NCBI GenBank assembly: GCA_963807605.1
Contig: CAWECG010000004.1
Coordinates: forward strand, 320,001 to 384,000
Direction of reading: 5' to 3'
DNA: 64,000 nucleotides
Source: Candidatus Bathyarchaeota archaeon
Lineage (GTDB): Archaea > Thermoproteota > Bathyarchaeia > 40CM-2-53-6 > RBG-13-38-9
A program made the position numbers and the translations under genes. Under the pieces are notes generated by a model that worked only from the letters and a program-made list of their open reading frames with translations, ran no database searches and had not been told where the DNA came from. Positions 50,774 to 60,823 of the stretch are shown here, one piece after another (position 1 is the stretch's first letter; each line of letters starts with the position of its first letter).

Positions 50774-51616
50774 TCATCTGAGAGCTTTCATGACCTCTGC
50801 GTACAATTCATCGGTGACCGAAGTGAAGTGTACTCGGCCTTCAAGTGACGGAACACCTTTGCCCTTAATTGTGTGCGCTATGATGATGCTAGGCTTGCTC
50901 GTGACTTCTTTAGCTCTGTCGAGAGCCTCCAGTATCTGACCCATATTGTGACCATTCGTCTCTGACACGTTCCAAGAGAAGCTTCTCCATTTTTCTGCGA
51001 GCGGTTCTATGTTCATCGTCTCAGCCACGGCACCAGTAGACTGGTATTCGTTTCTGTCAAGGATCGCGATTAAATTATCCAACTTGTAATGGGCGGCGGC
51101 CATCGCGGCCTCCCAAATCTGACCTTCATCACATTCACCGTCACCGATTATGCAGTAGACCCGGTATCTGTAAAGTTGCCTTCCAGAAGGATCCTTTGGA
51201 AAACCTATCCTAGCAGCGAGAGCGTTGCCCACAGCAAAGGAAAGCCCTGTGCCAAGTGACCCGCCTGAATAGTCCACGCCTGGTGTTGTCCTCTGACTGT
51301 GGGCTTGTAGGACTCCTCCGAACCTGCCATAAGACGTGAAATGTTTCTTGGGAAAGTAGCCAGCCTCTCCCAGAGCCGCATAATGCATCTCGCAGCAGTG
51401 AGCCTTCGACAGGATCAGTCTGTCTCTATTCGGCCATTTTGGGTTCTTAGGATCGTGTTTCATGTGGTGGAAGAATAGCGCCGTAATTATCTCAGCTTCT
51501 GAGAAGGATCCTCCTATCCACCCTTTGCCAGCGCTCTTCATCATTTCGATTGAGTGTCTTCGGAGGATCTTGGCCTTTGCTTCCAGTTCTTGTATTAACC
51601 TAGTATCATGCGACAT
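50774..51616 (-). CDS. Split transketolase, N-terminal (ThDP-binding) subunit
   Basis: RDRLILSKAH, GSLGTG, GDGECDEGQIWEA and TIKGKG motifs. Confidence 0.9.
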   Translation of the reverse strand: MSHDTRLIQELEAKAKILRRHSIEMMKSAGKGWIGGSFSEAEIITALFFHHMKHDPKNPKWPNRDRLILSKAHCCEMHYAALGEAGYFPKKHFTSYGRFGGVLQAHSQRTTPGVDYSGGSLGTGLSFAVGNALAARIGFPKDPSGRQLYRYRVYCIIGDGECDEGQIWEAAMAAAHYKLDNLIAILDRNEYQSTGAVAETMNIEPLAEKWRSFSWNVSETNGHNMGQILEALDRAKEVTSKPSIIIAHTIKGKGVPSLEGRVHFTSVTDELYAEVMKALR

Positions 51617-51685
51617 GGCCTATTCTTCTCTGAGAATTATTGCCAGAAACGATACTTCTCATGGATGGTAGATGAATCAAGCGTC

Positions 51686-52156
51686 TTACCTCCCAATCGG
51701 AAGTTTAATCTGTATTCCGCCAGCCACTTCATCCTTGTGCTTAGCGACATCGCATCCTTTGATTTCTGCTAGGAAGAGTTCAAGTGTTGTGTACACGATC
51801 GCTCTGTCCAAGTGGCCTCCGATAACGTTTCCATCATAGGTTCCCAAAGTGACGTGAAGATGAGGGATGAGCTGGTCACCCATGGGCAGGATATTCCCCT
51901 CCATTGTTAGAACCTCAAACGGACCTGTCTTCTTTATCACTGTGATCTTGTCTTGACCGAATGGAAGCTTTGAATCTGGTTTCACACCGAAGAAGCTTGC
52001 TTCGTAAACGCTCCCGATGGCTGAAAGAATAACCGCACGCTTGAAAGCATTCTCAGACATTACTTCTTCCAGTTTCTGACGAAGCTCCTCCTTTGGTCTC
52101 ATTCTCACGATCAGGACGTTGCTAAGATCGACCCTCTCAAAATACTTCATATTCAT
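51686..52156 (-). CDS. PPC/DUF296 domain protein
   Basis: SAIGS, FEVLTMEGN, PHLHVTL and GGHL motifs. Confidence 0.88.
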   Translation of the reverse strand: MNMKYFERVDLSNVLIVRMRPKEELRQKLEEVMSENAFKRAVILSAIGSVYEASFFGVKPDSKLPFGQDKITVIKKTGPFEVLTMEGNILPMGDQLIPHLHVTLGTYDGNVIGGHLDRAIVYTTLELFLAEIKGCDVAKHKDEVAGGIQIKLPIGR

Positions 52157-52359
52157 TTGTCGACTACCTGCGTCCCGGAGATTGACGGATGTGTTTGGCT
52201 AGATTGGCGGCTTAAGTGTTGCTAACTTGCTTGAAGAGTATTGCTCTTCTTTTTCAGGCTCAGAAATTCTCCAGGACAGAGAGCAAGCCGAGATTCCCAG
52301 CTGGAAGAGTATTCGGATCGTCGCCTAGCGACGAACCCAACTTAGACGTGGTCAGTTAC

Positions 52360-53202
52360 TCATTGAGGGCTGCGCGGTTTCTCCAAGAGCTTCCTCTTAA
52401 GAAGAGGCAAACCTTCGTCGTTGTGAGGTCTTCTTGCTAGTACGTCGAGGCTTTTCTCGATTTCACGGGCTTCATCAACAAGTCGTGCAGCGGCTCGGAT
52501 GATTTCGTGACCTGAGCAGACGAGCTGGACGTATCTTTCCCAATCTTTCTCGACGAAGCATCCTTCGTAATTCACATCTCCGGCACGCCGGGCCATTTCG
52601 TACGCTGAGGCAGCCTTCACCTTGGCGTAGGGATTTTGGAAACCAGCAGCCTCAGTAGCCCTGTCCTTTCCGACAGTGATTTTGGGCATTTCAGGTTTGA
52701 CTCCTTTCTTTATTGCTTCAATGAGCTTGTCGATCTCAGAGCGTAGCACGTCGAAGACGCCTGTAACCGCCAAGATCTTGATTATGTCGGAGTTGAAACA
52801 TGCCATCTCTACGGGGTCGAGGAATTCTCTTCTGGCCCCAATCATAACGTCGCCTTCCACGATTATGTATCCAAGTCCGGCCTCCTCAATGACCTTAGTC
52901 GCTTTCTTGGCAGGGTTATCTGACACTATGACAGTTGGAATTCCACTGACTTTGAATATCTCTCTAGCTTTCGCCGGCCCCGGTAGTGCGGCATTTGGCG
53001 AAGTGAAGATCAAAAGATCAGGCTTAGAACCCACCACCGCGTTTGCAATCGCTACGCAACTATCCGGATCCATCTTCGAACCTGAGCCAAATACTCTCAC
53101 TTCGATGTCGTTCCTCTCGGCTCTTTCGTCAAGTAGGAACTCTAGGACAGGACTGGAACCAATGTTTCCAACTTTTCCGAAGCCAATTTTGACTTTGCTC
53201 AA
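52360..53202 (-). CDS. mtd: F420-dependent methylene-H4MPT dehydrogenase
   Basis: GNIG, LLDERAER, SPNAALPGP and MIGARREFLDPVEM motifs. Confidence 0.95.
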   Translation of the reverse strand: MSKVKIGFGKVGNIGSSPVLEFLLDERAERNDIEVRVFGSGSKMDPDSCVAIANAVVGSKPDLLIFTSPNAALPGPAKAREIFKVSGIPTVIVSDNPAKKATKVIEEAGLGYIIVEGDVMIGARREFLDPVEMACFNSDIIKILAVTGVFDVLRSEIDKLIEAIKKGVKPEMPKITVGKDRATEAAGFQNPYAKVKAASAYEMARRAGDVNYEGCFVEKDWERYVQLVCSGHEIIRAAARLVDEAREIEKSLDVLARRPHNDEGLPLLKRKLLEKPRSPQ

Positions 53203-53321
53203 ACTGACATCTCCCGGAGAAGAAATGTGATCGATCTGATTTCCAATATAATTCTATCCATTACGCTCACGTGTGGGAGCAGTGATGGCAAGCTTTAAGG
53301 CAATAAGGTCCGATTCAGACC

Positions 53322-54230
53322 GTGAAGTGGGAAAATTTGGGGTCGGTCGAGATAGAAGACACCTTTGCCGAAGCATTCCCAATGATAGTCGGAAGAATCC
53401 TGATTACCGCAGAGAATGAGAAATGGGCTCACATCTCTGCAAATAGCGCAACGGGATTTGCTTCCTCGATAATAATGTCTCCAGCCGAAGCAGGTATTGA
53501 GGGCGTATCTGTACCGCCGAACAAGACCCCAGATGGAAGACCGGGTGTGAACATACAAATCTGGCATAGAACCGGCCACGAATTCAAGTCTCAAATGCTT
53601 TCACGAATAGGGCAATGCATCCTGACATGCCCGACAACCGCTGCATTTGACTCCATCTATGGCGCCAAGAAGAGGCTGAAGATAGGCAGGGCAATTCGAC
53701 TCTTCGGAGACGGATATCAGAAGAAGGACACTCTTGGAGACAAGATCATCTGGCGAATCCCTGTCATGGAAGGCGAATTCATCATAGAAGACAAATTCGG
53801 CGTCAGACGAGGAGTAGCCGGCGGCAACTTCCTCATAATGGCCGACACGCTCAAGCACTGTCTCAGCGCAGCGGAGAATGCTGTAGCCGCTATTAGATCA
53901 GTAGAAGGTGTCGTTGTACCCTTCCCTGGTGGAATCTGCCGCTCAGGTTCAAAAGTGGGCTCAAACAAGTACAAGCTACCGGCATCCACCAACCATCCCT
54001 TCTGCCCAACATTGCGTGGAATTGTGGCTGACTCCAAAGTCCCTGAGGGTGTTAACAGCGTCTACGAAGTGATTTTGAACGGAATAGATCTCGCCTCTGT
54101 CAGAAGGGGTATGGCTGAAGGCGTAAAAGCTGCGTCTACCGCTGAGGGCGTGGTCAAGATAACGGCCGTAAACTTTGGAGGAAAACTAGGCCCATATAAG
54201 ATATCACTGCGGGAAGTCTTGACCAGCTGA
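53322..54230 (+). CDS. ftr: Formylmethanofuran:H4MPT formyltransferase
   Basis: DTFAEAF, TPDGRPG, RIGQCILTCPT, GGNF and SGSKVG motifs. Confidence 0.95.
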   Translation: MKWENLGSVEIEDTFAEAFPMIVGRILITAENEKWAHISANSATGFASSIIMSPAEAGIEGVSVPPNKTPDGRPGVNIQIWHRTGHEFKSQMLSRIGQCILTCPTTAAFDSIYGAKKRLKIGRAIRLFGDGYQKKDTLGDKIIWRIPVMEGEFIIEDKFGVRRGVAGGNFLIMADTLKHCLSAAENAVAAIRSVEGVVVPFPGGICRSGSKVGSNKYKLPASTNHPFCPTLRGIVADSKVPEGVNSVYEVILNGIDLASVRRGMAEGVKAASTAEGVVKITAVNFGGKLGPYKISLREVLTS

Positions 54231-54261
54231 CTGCAACTTCCAAGCTCTTTTCTACGTCCGG

Positions 54262-55320
54262 CTAAGTGGCCACTTTGATGTACTCTTCTCCTCCACTTTC
54301 AAGTGAGCCTACAACTATTCTGTGATGGAAGGACCTATCGAGAGTATTCTCAACTCTCTCCAGTTTCCCGCGAACGAGTATCTTCTCCTCTTCAAAGGCT
54401 ACATCACCGTAATCCCTGTCGTAACTCACAATCTCATCAATATCTTTGACATCATTTCCACGTTTGACTTTCACATTAGAAACCAGGTACTTTGCGGGAA
54501 CGAAGATGCTTTCAGAAGCATCTGTAACAATTGCATGAGCCTCCACCATTCCAAGTGGGAAATATCGGTACTGTCCATACCTTTCACGGAGATCATCTGG
54601 CTCAAGGACAGGATTCACCGAGAAGGGAGTTCCCATAAAGGATCCACGATTCCACTTCCTCTCGTAGAAGAGTCTGGACTGCTCCTTATTCATGAAACGG
54701 AGTCTTGCCTGTCTGGCAGGTGTTGGCATCTCATCTCCCGAGATTCTCTTGATGTGAGGATCTTGACCATTGAAGAGTTCAGGCAAGGTTCTTCTAACTA
54801 TCAACCCATTCTTCTTGCCGTAAGTTGTTAGGTCTATGTCTGAAAACTTCAGTTGATGAACATCGACTAGCAAAGATCCCGTCACGCCAAACTTGCCCAG
54901 TTGAACTCCGCTTCTCTTTGAGAGAGTGATAGCCAAGTTCACTGCCTTTCTCTGAAGCTGATCCACATCAGTGCTCATGCTAAGGCATCTCAGCTTTTCC
55001 TCAGGAAGGTAGTGATTCTTGATGGATTTAGTGGCGACCGCAGTAAATGAGATGCCGAGCAACTCATCTTCGTAAAGGTAGTGTGGGTACCTTGACGTAA
55101 GTAACTCAATAGTCTCCTTCAGGTGGGGGATGTCATAGTATTTTATGGCTCTCTCGAACTTTACGCCAGTTCGTGCCCACTTTCCGTTAGGACTTGGATA
55201 ATACTTCAGATAAGCAATGACTCGATCTTCGGGGTGGATGTTTCCAACGACCGTGAATAATAGGCCCTCTGTTGTTTCTAGGCAATCTCGATCTCGAAAG
55301 TCGTTTCGTCGGTTTCTCAC
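54262..55320 (-). CDS. Archaeal Pol-beta-superfamily nucleotidyltransferase (COG1665-like)
   Basis: RDRD..F.V.G.HP N-terminus, GVTGSLL..SDIDL catalytic motif and C-terminal OB-like region. Confidence 0.8.
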   Translation of the reverse strand: MRNRRNDFRDRDCLETTEGLLFTVVGNIHPEDRVIAYLKYYPSPNGKWARTGVKFERAIKYYDIPHLKETIELLTSRYPHYLYEDELLGISFTAVATKSIKNHYLPEEKLRCLSMSTDVDQLQRKAVNLAITLSKRSGVQLGKFGVTGSLLVDVHQLKFSDIDLTTYGKKNGLIVRRTLPELFNGQDPHIKRISGDEMPTPARQARLRFMNKEQSRLFYERKWNRGSFMGTPFSVNPVLEPDDLRERYGQYRYFPLGMVEAHAIVTDASESIFVPAKYLVSNVKVKRGNDVKDIDEIVSYDRDYGDVAFEEEKILVRGKLERVENTLDRSFHHRIVVGSLESGGEEYIKVAT

Positions 55321-55416
55321 GTCGTTTGCTCCTCCGTTAGTGTGCTTGGGCTGAATTGTTGACTTCGGGAATGCAACTTTAGGTTTAGATATAGATGTGA
55401 CGGTCTAGGTTAACTC

Positions 55417-56370
55417 ATGGAGTCTACAGAGCCTAATGTTGTAGAGTACGTTTCCAGCTGCGTTCAGTTAGCGACGTTATTGGAGGTCAGCGCCTATCCG
55501 AAGCCGGGTAATGTGCATCGGACTGCTGATTTTGACGATACCAAGTATGAACATTTCTTGGCCTCTTCAATAGCTATAGGGGGTGCTGTGAGAGGTGCTA
55601 CACGCAGAGGAATCGAGGCATTATCCAGCAGAATCAGTTTCGAACAAGTTGGTGTTGGAAAATTCATAGCCGATGCCGTAGCCGCTATGATGGCATGGCA
55701 GCACGGAGGAAATACCAGCCTAGGAGCTATACTCCTGTTGATGCCGATCGCCGTCGCTGCAGGCTATGTGTGGTCGGGAAAATCACCTAACGCTGAGAAA
55801 CTGAGAAATGTAGTTTCTAAGGTGACTCGGTCGACTACCTCTGAAGATGCAAACAATGTGTATGACGCGATCAGGATGGCTGGAGCAGGTGGTTTAGGAA
55901 CCGTCAAAAGATTTGACGTAACCATCGAGAGTTCGCGTAGCGAGATAATCAATTCGGGCACCTCATTGCTGCAGATATTCCAGCTCTCTTCGACATATGA
56001 TTCAATCTCTTCAGAGTGGGTCCAAGACTTCAATATAACATTCGGAACAGGCTACCCCTATTTCATCAGCCAAATCAAGCAGACAAATGACTGCAATATC
56101 GCCACAGTACATACTTTTCTCAGGATCCTATCAACGACCCCTGACACCCTGATAGCAAGAAGAGCAGGCAGACAAAGGGCCGAAGAAGTATCGAAACTGG
56201 CAGAACAGGCACTATCAATGGGTGGTCTAACATCGGCTTCCGGAAGAAACAGGCTCGCACAATTGGATCAAACGCTCAGGTCCGGGAGTCATAAGCTCAA
56301 CCCCGGAACTACAGCAGACCTTACCGCTTCATCGTTGGCTGTAGCGATCCTTGAAGGATACAGACCCTAA
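55417..56370 (+). CDS. CitG-family triphosphoribosyl transferase
   Basis: LEVSAYPKPGNVHR, NTSLG, PDTLIAR and NPGTTADL motifs. Confidence 0.9.
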   Translation: MESTEPNVVEYVSSCVQLATLLEVSAYPKPGNVHRTADFDDTKYEHFLASSIAIGGAVRGATRRGIEALSSRISFEQVGVGKFIADAVAAMMAWQHGGNTSLGAILLLMPIAVAAGYVWSGKSPNAEKLRNVVSKVTRSTTSEDANNVYDAIRMAGAGGLGTVKRFDVTIESSRSEIINSGTSLLQIFQLSSTYDSISSEWVQDFNITFGTGYPYFISQIKQTNDCNIATVHTFLRILSTTPDTLIARRAGRQRAEEVSKLAEQALSMGGLTSASGRNRLAQLDQTLRSGSHKLNPGTTADLTASSLAVAILEGYRP

Positions 56371-56387
56371 TCTACGTGGCGATATGA

Positions 56388-57230
56388 CTACTGTCTACGC
56401 GCGCGTACAATTGTTATCGGGTAGTGTGGCACACTTTCCAGCATCTCCCAGCTAACTCCGGTAATGCTAACGCCAAAGCGTCTGGCCATCTCCCAGATTG
56501 TCTTTCCGGCTCCGTCGCCTCTAGCAATATTCGATGCGGCAGCTATTCGGAGGGCCCTATCGGGATTGTTCTTCGACAGTGTAAAAGCAATAGGAGTCGA
56601 TCGTGATCTCAGTTTAAGAAATCTTCCAGCGGTGAAGGCCACAGGACCGAGACACCTGATTCCCTTTATCGCACTCTGCCTTGGAGACATATGGAAGTTG
56701 TAGAAACTATAGGTCTTGTCTGAGTCGGATATCATGACATCAACATCTAGGCCTGACGCTTTTCTAATATGTGCCTTAATCGCTTCAGCGACCTCAGTCG
56801 GACTTGACAAGGGGATGCAGGCATAGGCGTGTGGAACATTGCTAACATCTATTCCGCCCTCAGAGCCGTGTCTAAGTGCTTGCCACGGACCGGCGTAGAC
56901 TAAGGCCAGCTGCTTGTGGGCAGCACCCTCGATGATGGGGTAGCTCCTCAAACTTTCAATATTCGTTTGGCTCATCCTAGAAACTGGCGCCAGAAAATAT
57001 CCCCAGACTTTGCGCATCCAGAAATTTGCGAGTAGCCTAGCAGAGAATGAAGGCGTAATTCTAGATTCGTCGCAAATCCTGCCAGAAGCCATGGCAATCG
57101 CCTTCTCAGAGACGACTATTACATCGCCGTCTTGCGCACGATCCCGAACGAGTCTTGTTATTGTCTCTCTGTAATCTGTTCCAGGCTTCCAGTATCTTGA
57201 GCGCACTGCTAAGGTCCGATACTTCGACAA
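56388..57230 (-). CDS. CofE-family gamma-glutamyl ligase-like protein
   Basis: VVSEKA, GGIDVSN, MISDSD and RGDGAG motifs. Confidence 0.8.
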   Translation of the reverse strand: MSKYRTLAVRSRYWKPGTDYRETITRLVRDRAQDGDVIVVSEKAIAMASGRICDESRITPSFSARLLANFWMRKVWGYFLAPVSRMSQTNIESLRSYPIIEGAAHKQLALVYAGPWQALRHGSEGGIDVSNVPHAYACIPLSSPTEVAEAIKAHIRKASGLDVDVMISDSDKTYSFYNFHMSPRQSAIKGIRCLGPVAFTAGRFLKLRSRSTPIAFTLSKNNPDRALRIAAASNIARGDGAGKTIWEMARRFGVSITGVSWEMLESVPHYPITIVRARRQ

Positions 57231-57350
57231 CCTGACACGTCCTTCCTCATTTCAAGCACGTAGTGTCTTCCAAGGTTTTTTCAACTATCAAGATGAAGCA
57301 AAAAACTAGACTTATAGGCATGTTGACGAAGGAACCTTCGGTTTACCTTC

Positions 57351-58226
57351 ATGAAAGTTGGACTGCTTACACGAAACAAAGACGCCTGGTGTTCTCAACA
57401 ACTTAGAAAATCATTTCAAAAGAGAAACGTCGATGCTGTATGCTTCAGCTTCAGCGATCTTGCAGCGAGAGTACGTCTGACACCGACGGTCGATTTTCGC
57501 GGATTAGATCTGGTGGCAGAGCTAAGCGCTTTGTTGGTCAGACCGATAGGCAGAGGTTCGCTTGAAGAGATAATCTTCAGGCTTGACATGCTGCAAAGAC
57601 TAGCCAGGACAGGGATGGCTGTAATTAACCATCCATCATCAATAGAGAAGGCTGCAGACAAATACAACACACTGGCAATCATGTCAAAGGAAGGCATATC
57701 CGTTCCGAAGACGGTCGTCACCGAGAACGTTTCAGAAGCCATGAACGCGTTCAGGAATTTCGGATGCGACGCAATAGTGAAACCTATCTTCGGGTCCAGG
57801 GGGATTGGTGCAGCAAGAATTTCTGATGCTGACGTTGCTGAGAGGGTATTTAGAACACTCCGGTTCAACAGACAGGTCCTCTATGTTCAGGAATATGTCG
57901 AGCATGGAACCTCCGATATAAGAGCCTTTGTAGTAGGTGACAAAGTGGTTGCCTCTATGCGTCGCGTAGCAAGATCTTGGAAAACAAATGTCAGTTTGGG
58001 TGCAAAGGCGGTAGCGATGGGACCCTCAAGAGACCTTGAGGAGCTCGCCGTGAAGACAGCCAAATCCATCGGATGTGATATTGCTGGTGTCGACTTGATC
58101 GATGAAGGTCCTCAGCCAATTGTATTGGAGATAAACTCCCAGCCGGGTTGGCGAGGTCTTCAAACGACTACGGATAAATCAATTTCAGACCTAATAGTTG
58201 ATCTGGTGATATCACGCGCAAGATGA
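57351..58226 (+). CDS. RimK/MptN-family ATP-grasp alpha-L-glutamate ligase
   Basis: GSLEEIIFR, KPIFGSRG, DIRAFV, WKTN, GVDL and EINSQPGW motifs. Confidence 0.9.
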   Translation: MKVGLLTRNKDAWCSQQLRKSFQKRNVDAVCFSFSDLAARVRLTPTVDFRGLDLVAELSALLVRPIGRGSLEEIIFRLDMLQRLARTGMAVINHPSSIEKAADKYNTLAIMSKEGISVPKTVVTENVSEAMNAFRNFGCDAIVKPIFGSRGIGAARISDADVAERVFRTLRFNRQVLYVQEYVEHGTSDIRAFVVGDKVVASMRRVARSWKTNVSLGAKAVAMGPSRDLEELAVKTAKSIGCDIAGVDLIDEGPQPIVLEINSQPGWRGLQTTTDKSISDLIVDLVISRAR

Positions 58227-58246
58227 GCTACTGGTCGGCCTTCGCA

Positions 58247-59035
58247 CTACTTGAGATCGAGCAGCCCTAACTTCTGAGTAATATCGCGCATCGCCTTGAA
58301 AGCTTCAGAATCTCTCGGTAGATCAAGAAGCGGTTTGCCAGTTGTGTTGAAAGATGCTATGTCAGCGTCATTTGGAATTAGACCTGCAAGTTCAAAACCC
58401 ATCTCCGCCGCCTTAGCCGTCAGTTCCTTCTCGGACTCCGCGGGAAACTGGTTTCCGACCAAACACATCTTCTTGAACCCTATGTGGACCTCCTTTGCGA
58501 GCTCTCTGATTCTGGATGCTGTCTGAAACCCCATCCTAGACGGGTCAGTTACCACCAACATAATGTCCACATCTCGATCGGTTCTTCTGCTGACGTGTTC
58601 TAGACCGGCTTCCATATCCATTATAGTAAGGTCATAGTTCCTAGAGATCGAGTCGATTATAGAAGCCAGAAGATAGTTTACGCTGCAGTAGCATCCCTCG
58701 CCCTCAGATCTCCCCATCGCAAGTAAGTCAAAACTTGAGCTTTCGACGAGGATACTGTGTATCTGCCCTTCTAAGACCTCCTTCTTTGTTACACTGACCG
58801 GGATCTCGCTCCGCTCAAGCTTCTTCTTCAGATCACTCTCGACCATGCCGACAGTCTTGTCAATCCTTACCCCCAACACATCCGGGAGGTTCGTAGCAGG
58901 ATCAGCGTCTATAACCAGGATACTCTTGTGGTCATTTTCAATCAGATTCTTCAGCATAAGTGCAGCGGCCGTAGTCTTTCCTGATCCTCCTTTACCAGAG
59001 ATCGATAATACGAGTTTCTGATTCAAATGCTGCAA
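58247..59035 (-). CDS. cooC: CooC/AcsF nickel-insertion ATPase
   Basis: GKGGSGKT, DADP, EGCYC and DMEAGLEHVSR motifs. Confidence 0.9.
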   Translation of the reverse strand: MQHLNQKLVLSISGKGGSGKTTAAALMLKNLIENDHKSILVIDADPATNLPDVLGVRIDKTVGMVESDLKKKLERSEIPVSVTKKEVLEGQIHSILVESSSFDLLAMGRSEGEGCYCSVNYLLASIIDSISRNYDLTIMDMEAGLEHVSRRTDRDVDIMLVVTDPSRMGFQTASRIRELAKEVHIGFKKMCLVGNQFPAESEKELTAKAAEMGFELAGLIPNDADIASFNTTGKPLLDLPRDSEAFKAMRDITQKLGLLDLK

Positions 59036-59128
59036 CTTCCTTGTTTGAGAATGATCAAGGTCTGAATTAATGTTTCCTTCGTAGGGCGAACGCTACGTAA
59101 TTGGTCTGGCTTGAAATAAGCTAGTGAG

Positions 59129-59169
59129 TGCATTCAAATTCTGGCGAGAGAACCTCAATTTGAACTGCA
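59129..59169. promoter_or_regulatory. Inverted repeat in the cooC/cdhC divergent intergenic region
   Basis: TGCATTCAAATT ... AATTTGAACTGCA. Confidence 0.4.
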
Positions 59170-59435
59170 TGTTGATTTAAAATCCTAACCGAAGCCTATT
59201 CTGGTTAAGTTTGTCCTTTCCTACAAATCAAAGATTGAGGCATAAAACGCCCGCGTCTTTTACCCAAACAATAAATATCACTCGTTTCGTTCTTGTAGCA
59301 ATGGCACCATCACAGTGGAAGCTTTTGAATTCTTTCTTCCGTTGCGATGCACATTCCATACGCTGTCCTCATTTCACGGATGATTTTGCTGGAAGAGTCA
59401 GCTCTTGTCCCAGGGTGAGGTTGGAGGGATAAATA

Positions 59436-60821
59436 GTGTCAATGTTCAAAGATATGCCGGTTGATGTTGGAGTCATCTACGAAGGGGAACGCGTCAGAAA
59501 GGCCGATATGCAAGTTGAATTCGGCGGAACTGAAATACAAGACAAGTTCGAGCTAGTCAAGGCCAGGCAGTCAAATGATGTTGAAGACGGAAAGATCGTC
59601 ATTCTTGGCCCTGACATAAAGGAGCTAAGCCAAGGTTCAGGCTCGCCCCTAGGGATTTTGATCGAGGTTGCTGGAGAACAGATTGAACAAGACTTGGAAG
59701 GGGTAATTGAAAGGCGCATCCATTACTACTGTAACTACATCGAAGGCGTAATGCATCTGAACCAGAGATACGATATCTGGATAAGACTGAACAAGAAGTC
59801 ATTCGACAAAGGCTTCAACAGCTTCACTTTTCTTGGACAGATACTTATGCGTCTGTTCAAGAGTGAACTTCCCATCATCAAGAAGATACAGATGACATTC
59901 ACAACGGATCCCGAAAAAGTAAAAGAATTCAAGAAAGAAGCCCTGAAGGTATATGACGAAAGAGACGCCAAGGCAAGGGGACTTAAGGACGAAGAGGTTG
60001 ATTACTTCTACGGCTGCACTCTGTGCCAGTCTTTCGCTCCGAGCCACATTTGCGTAATAACGCCTCAAAGATACGCGAATTGTGGAGCCATAAGCTGGTT
60101 TGACGGGAGGGCAGCGGCAAAGGTCGACCCCAAAGGGCCCGTCTTCGCAATTGAAAGAGGCGATGTTGTAGATTCACTGAAGGGAGAGTTCTCAGGGGTT
60201 AATCGAGTTGCTAAGGATAAATCCCTTGGCGACGTAGAACGCGTCTACCTGTACTCAGCCTTTGGTTATCCGCATACCTCATGTGGATGTTTTGAGGCCA
60301 TTGCATTCTACATACCAGAGGTCGATGGATTCGGCATCGTCCACAGGGACTTTAAAGGCCCAACCATCAACGGGTTGCCCTTCTCAACGATGGCGGACTC
60401 AACGGCAGGTGGCAGGCAGATCGAGGGCTTTCACGGTATCTCGATAGAGTATATGAGATCGCCCAAGTTTCTCCAAGCTGATGGTGGATGGGAGAGAATT
60501 GTATGGGTGCCTTCAACAGTCAAGGAAAGGGTGAAGGCATTTATTCCCCAGGAACTCGAACAGAAGATTTTGACAGAGAAGGACGTCCAGAAACTTGAGG
60601 AACTAAGAGATTCTCTCAAGTCAAAGAATCACCCTGTTGTACAGAGATGGGTGGAGCCCCCGAAAGAAAAGCCGCCAGAACCCTCAACGAAACAACCAAG
60701 GAAGGGGGTCATCACTGCCGTTCCGACTGGCGTGCCCGGCGCTGGAGTCAAGATAATACTCAAAGGGGCAAAGATCACAGCGAAGAAGATGATCTTGAGG
60801 GTGTCCCGAGAGGGCGAATAG
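59436..60821 (+). CDS. cdhC: Acetyl-CoA synthase (ACDS beta subunit)
   Basis: ERRIH, CTLCQSFAPSH and PHTSCGCFE motifs. Confidence 0.95.
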   Translation: MSMFKDMPVDVGVIYEGERVRKADMQVEFGGTEIQDKFELVKARQSNDVEDGKIVILGPDIKELSQGSGSPLGILIEVAGEQIEQDLEGVIERRIHYYCNYIEGVMHLNQRYDIWIRLNKKSFDKGFNSFTFLGQILMRLFKSELPIIKKIQMTFTTDPEKVKEFKKEALKVYDERDAKARGLKDEEVDYFYGCTLCQSFAPSHICVITPQRYANCGAISWFDGRAAAKVDPKGPVFAIERGDVVDSLKGEFSGVNRVAKDKSLGDVERVYLYSAFGYPHTSCGCFEAIAFYIPEVDGFGIVHRDFKGPTINGLPFSTMADSTAGGRQIEGFHGISIEYMRSPKFLQADGGWERIVWVPSTVKERVKAFIPQELEQKILTEKDVQKLEELRDSLKSKNHPVVQRWVEPPKEKPPEPSTKQPRKGVITAVPTGVPGAGVKIILKGAKITAKKMILRVSREGE

Positions 60822-60823
60822 AC

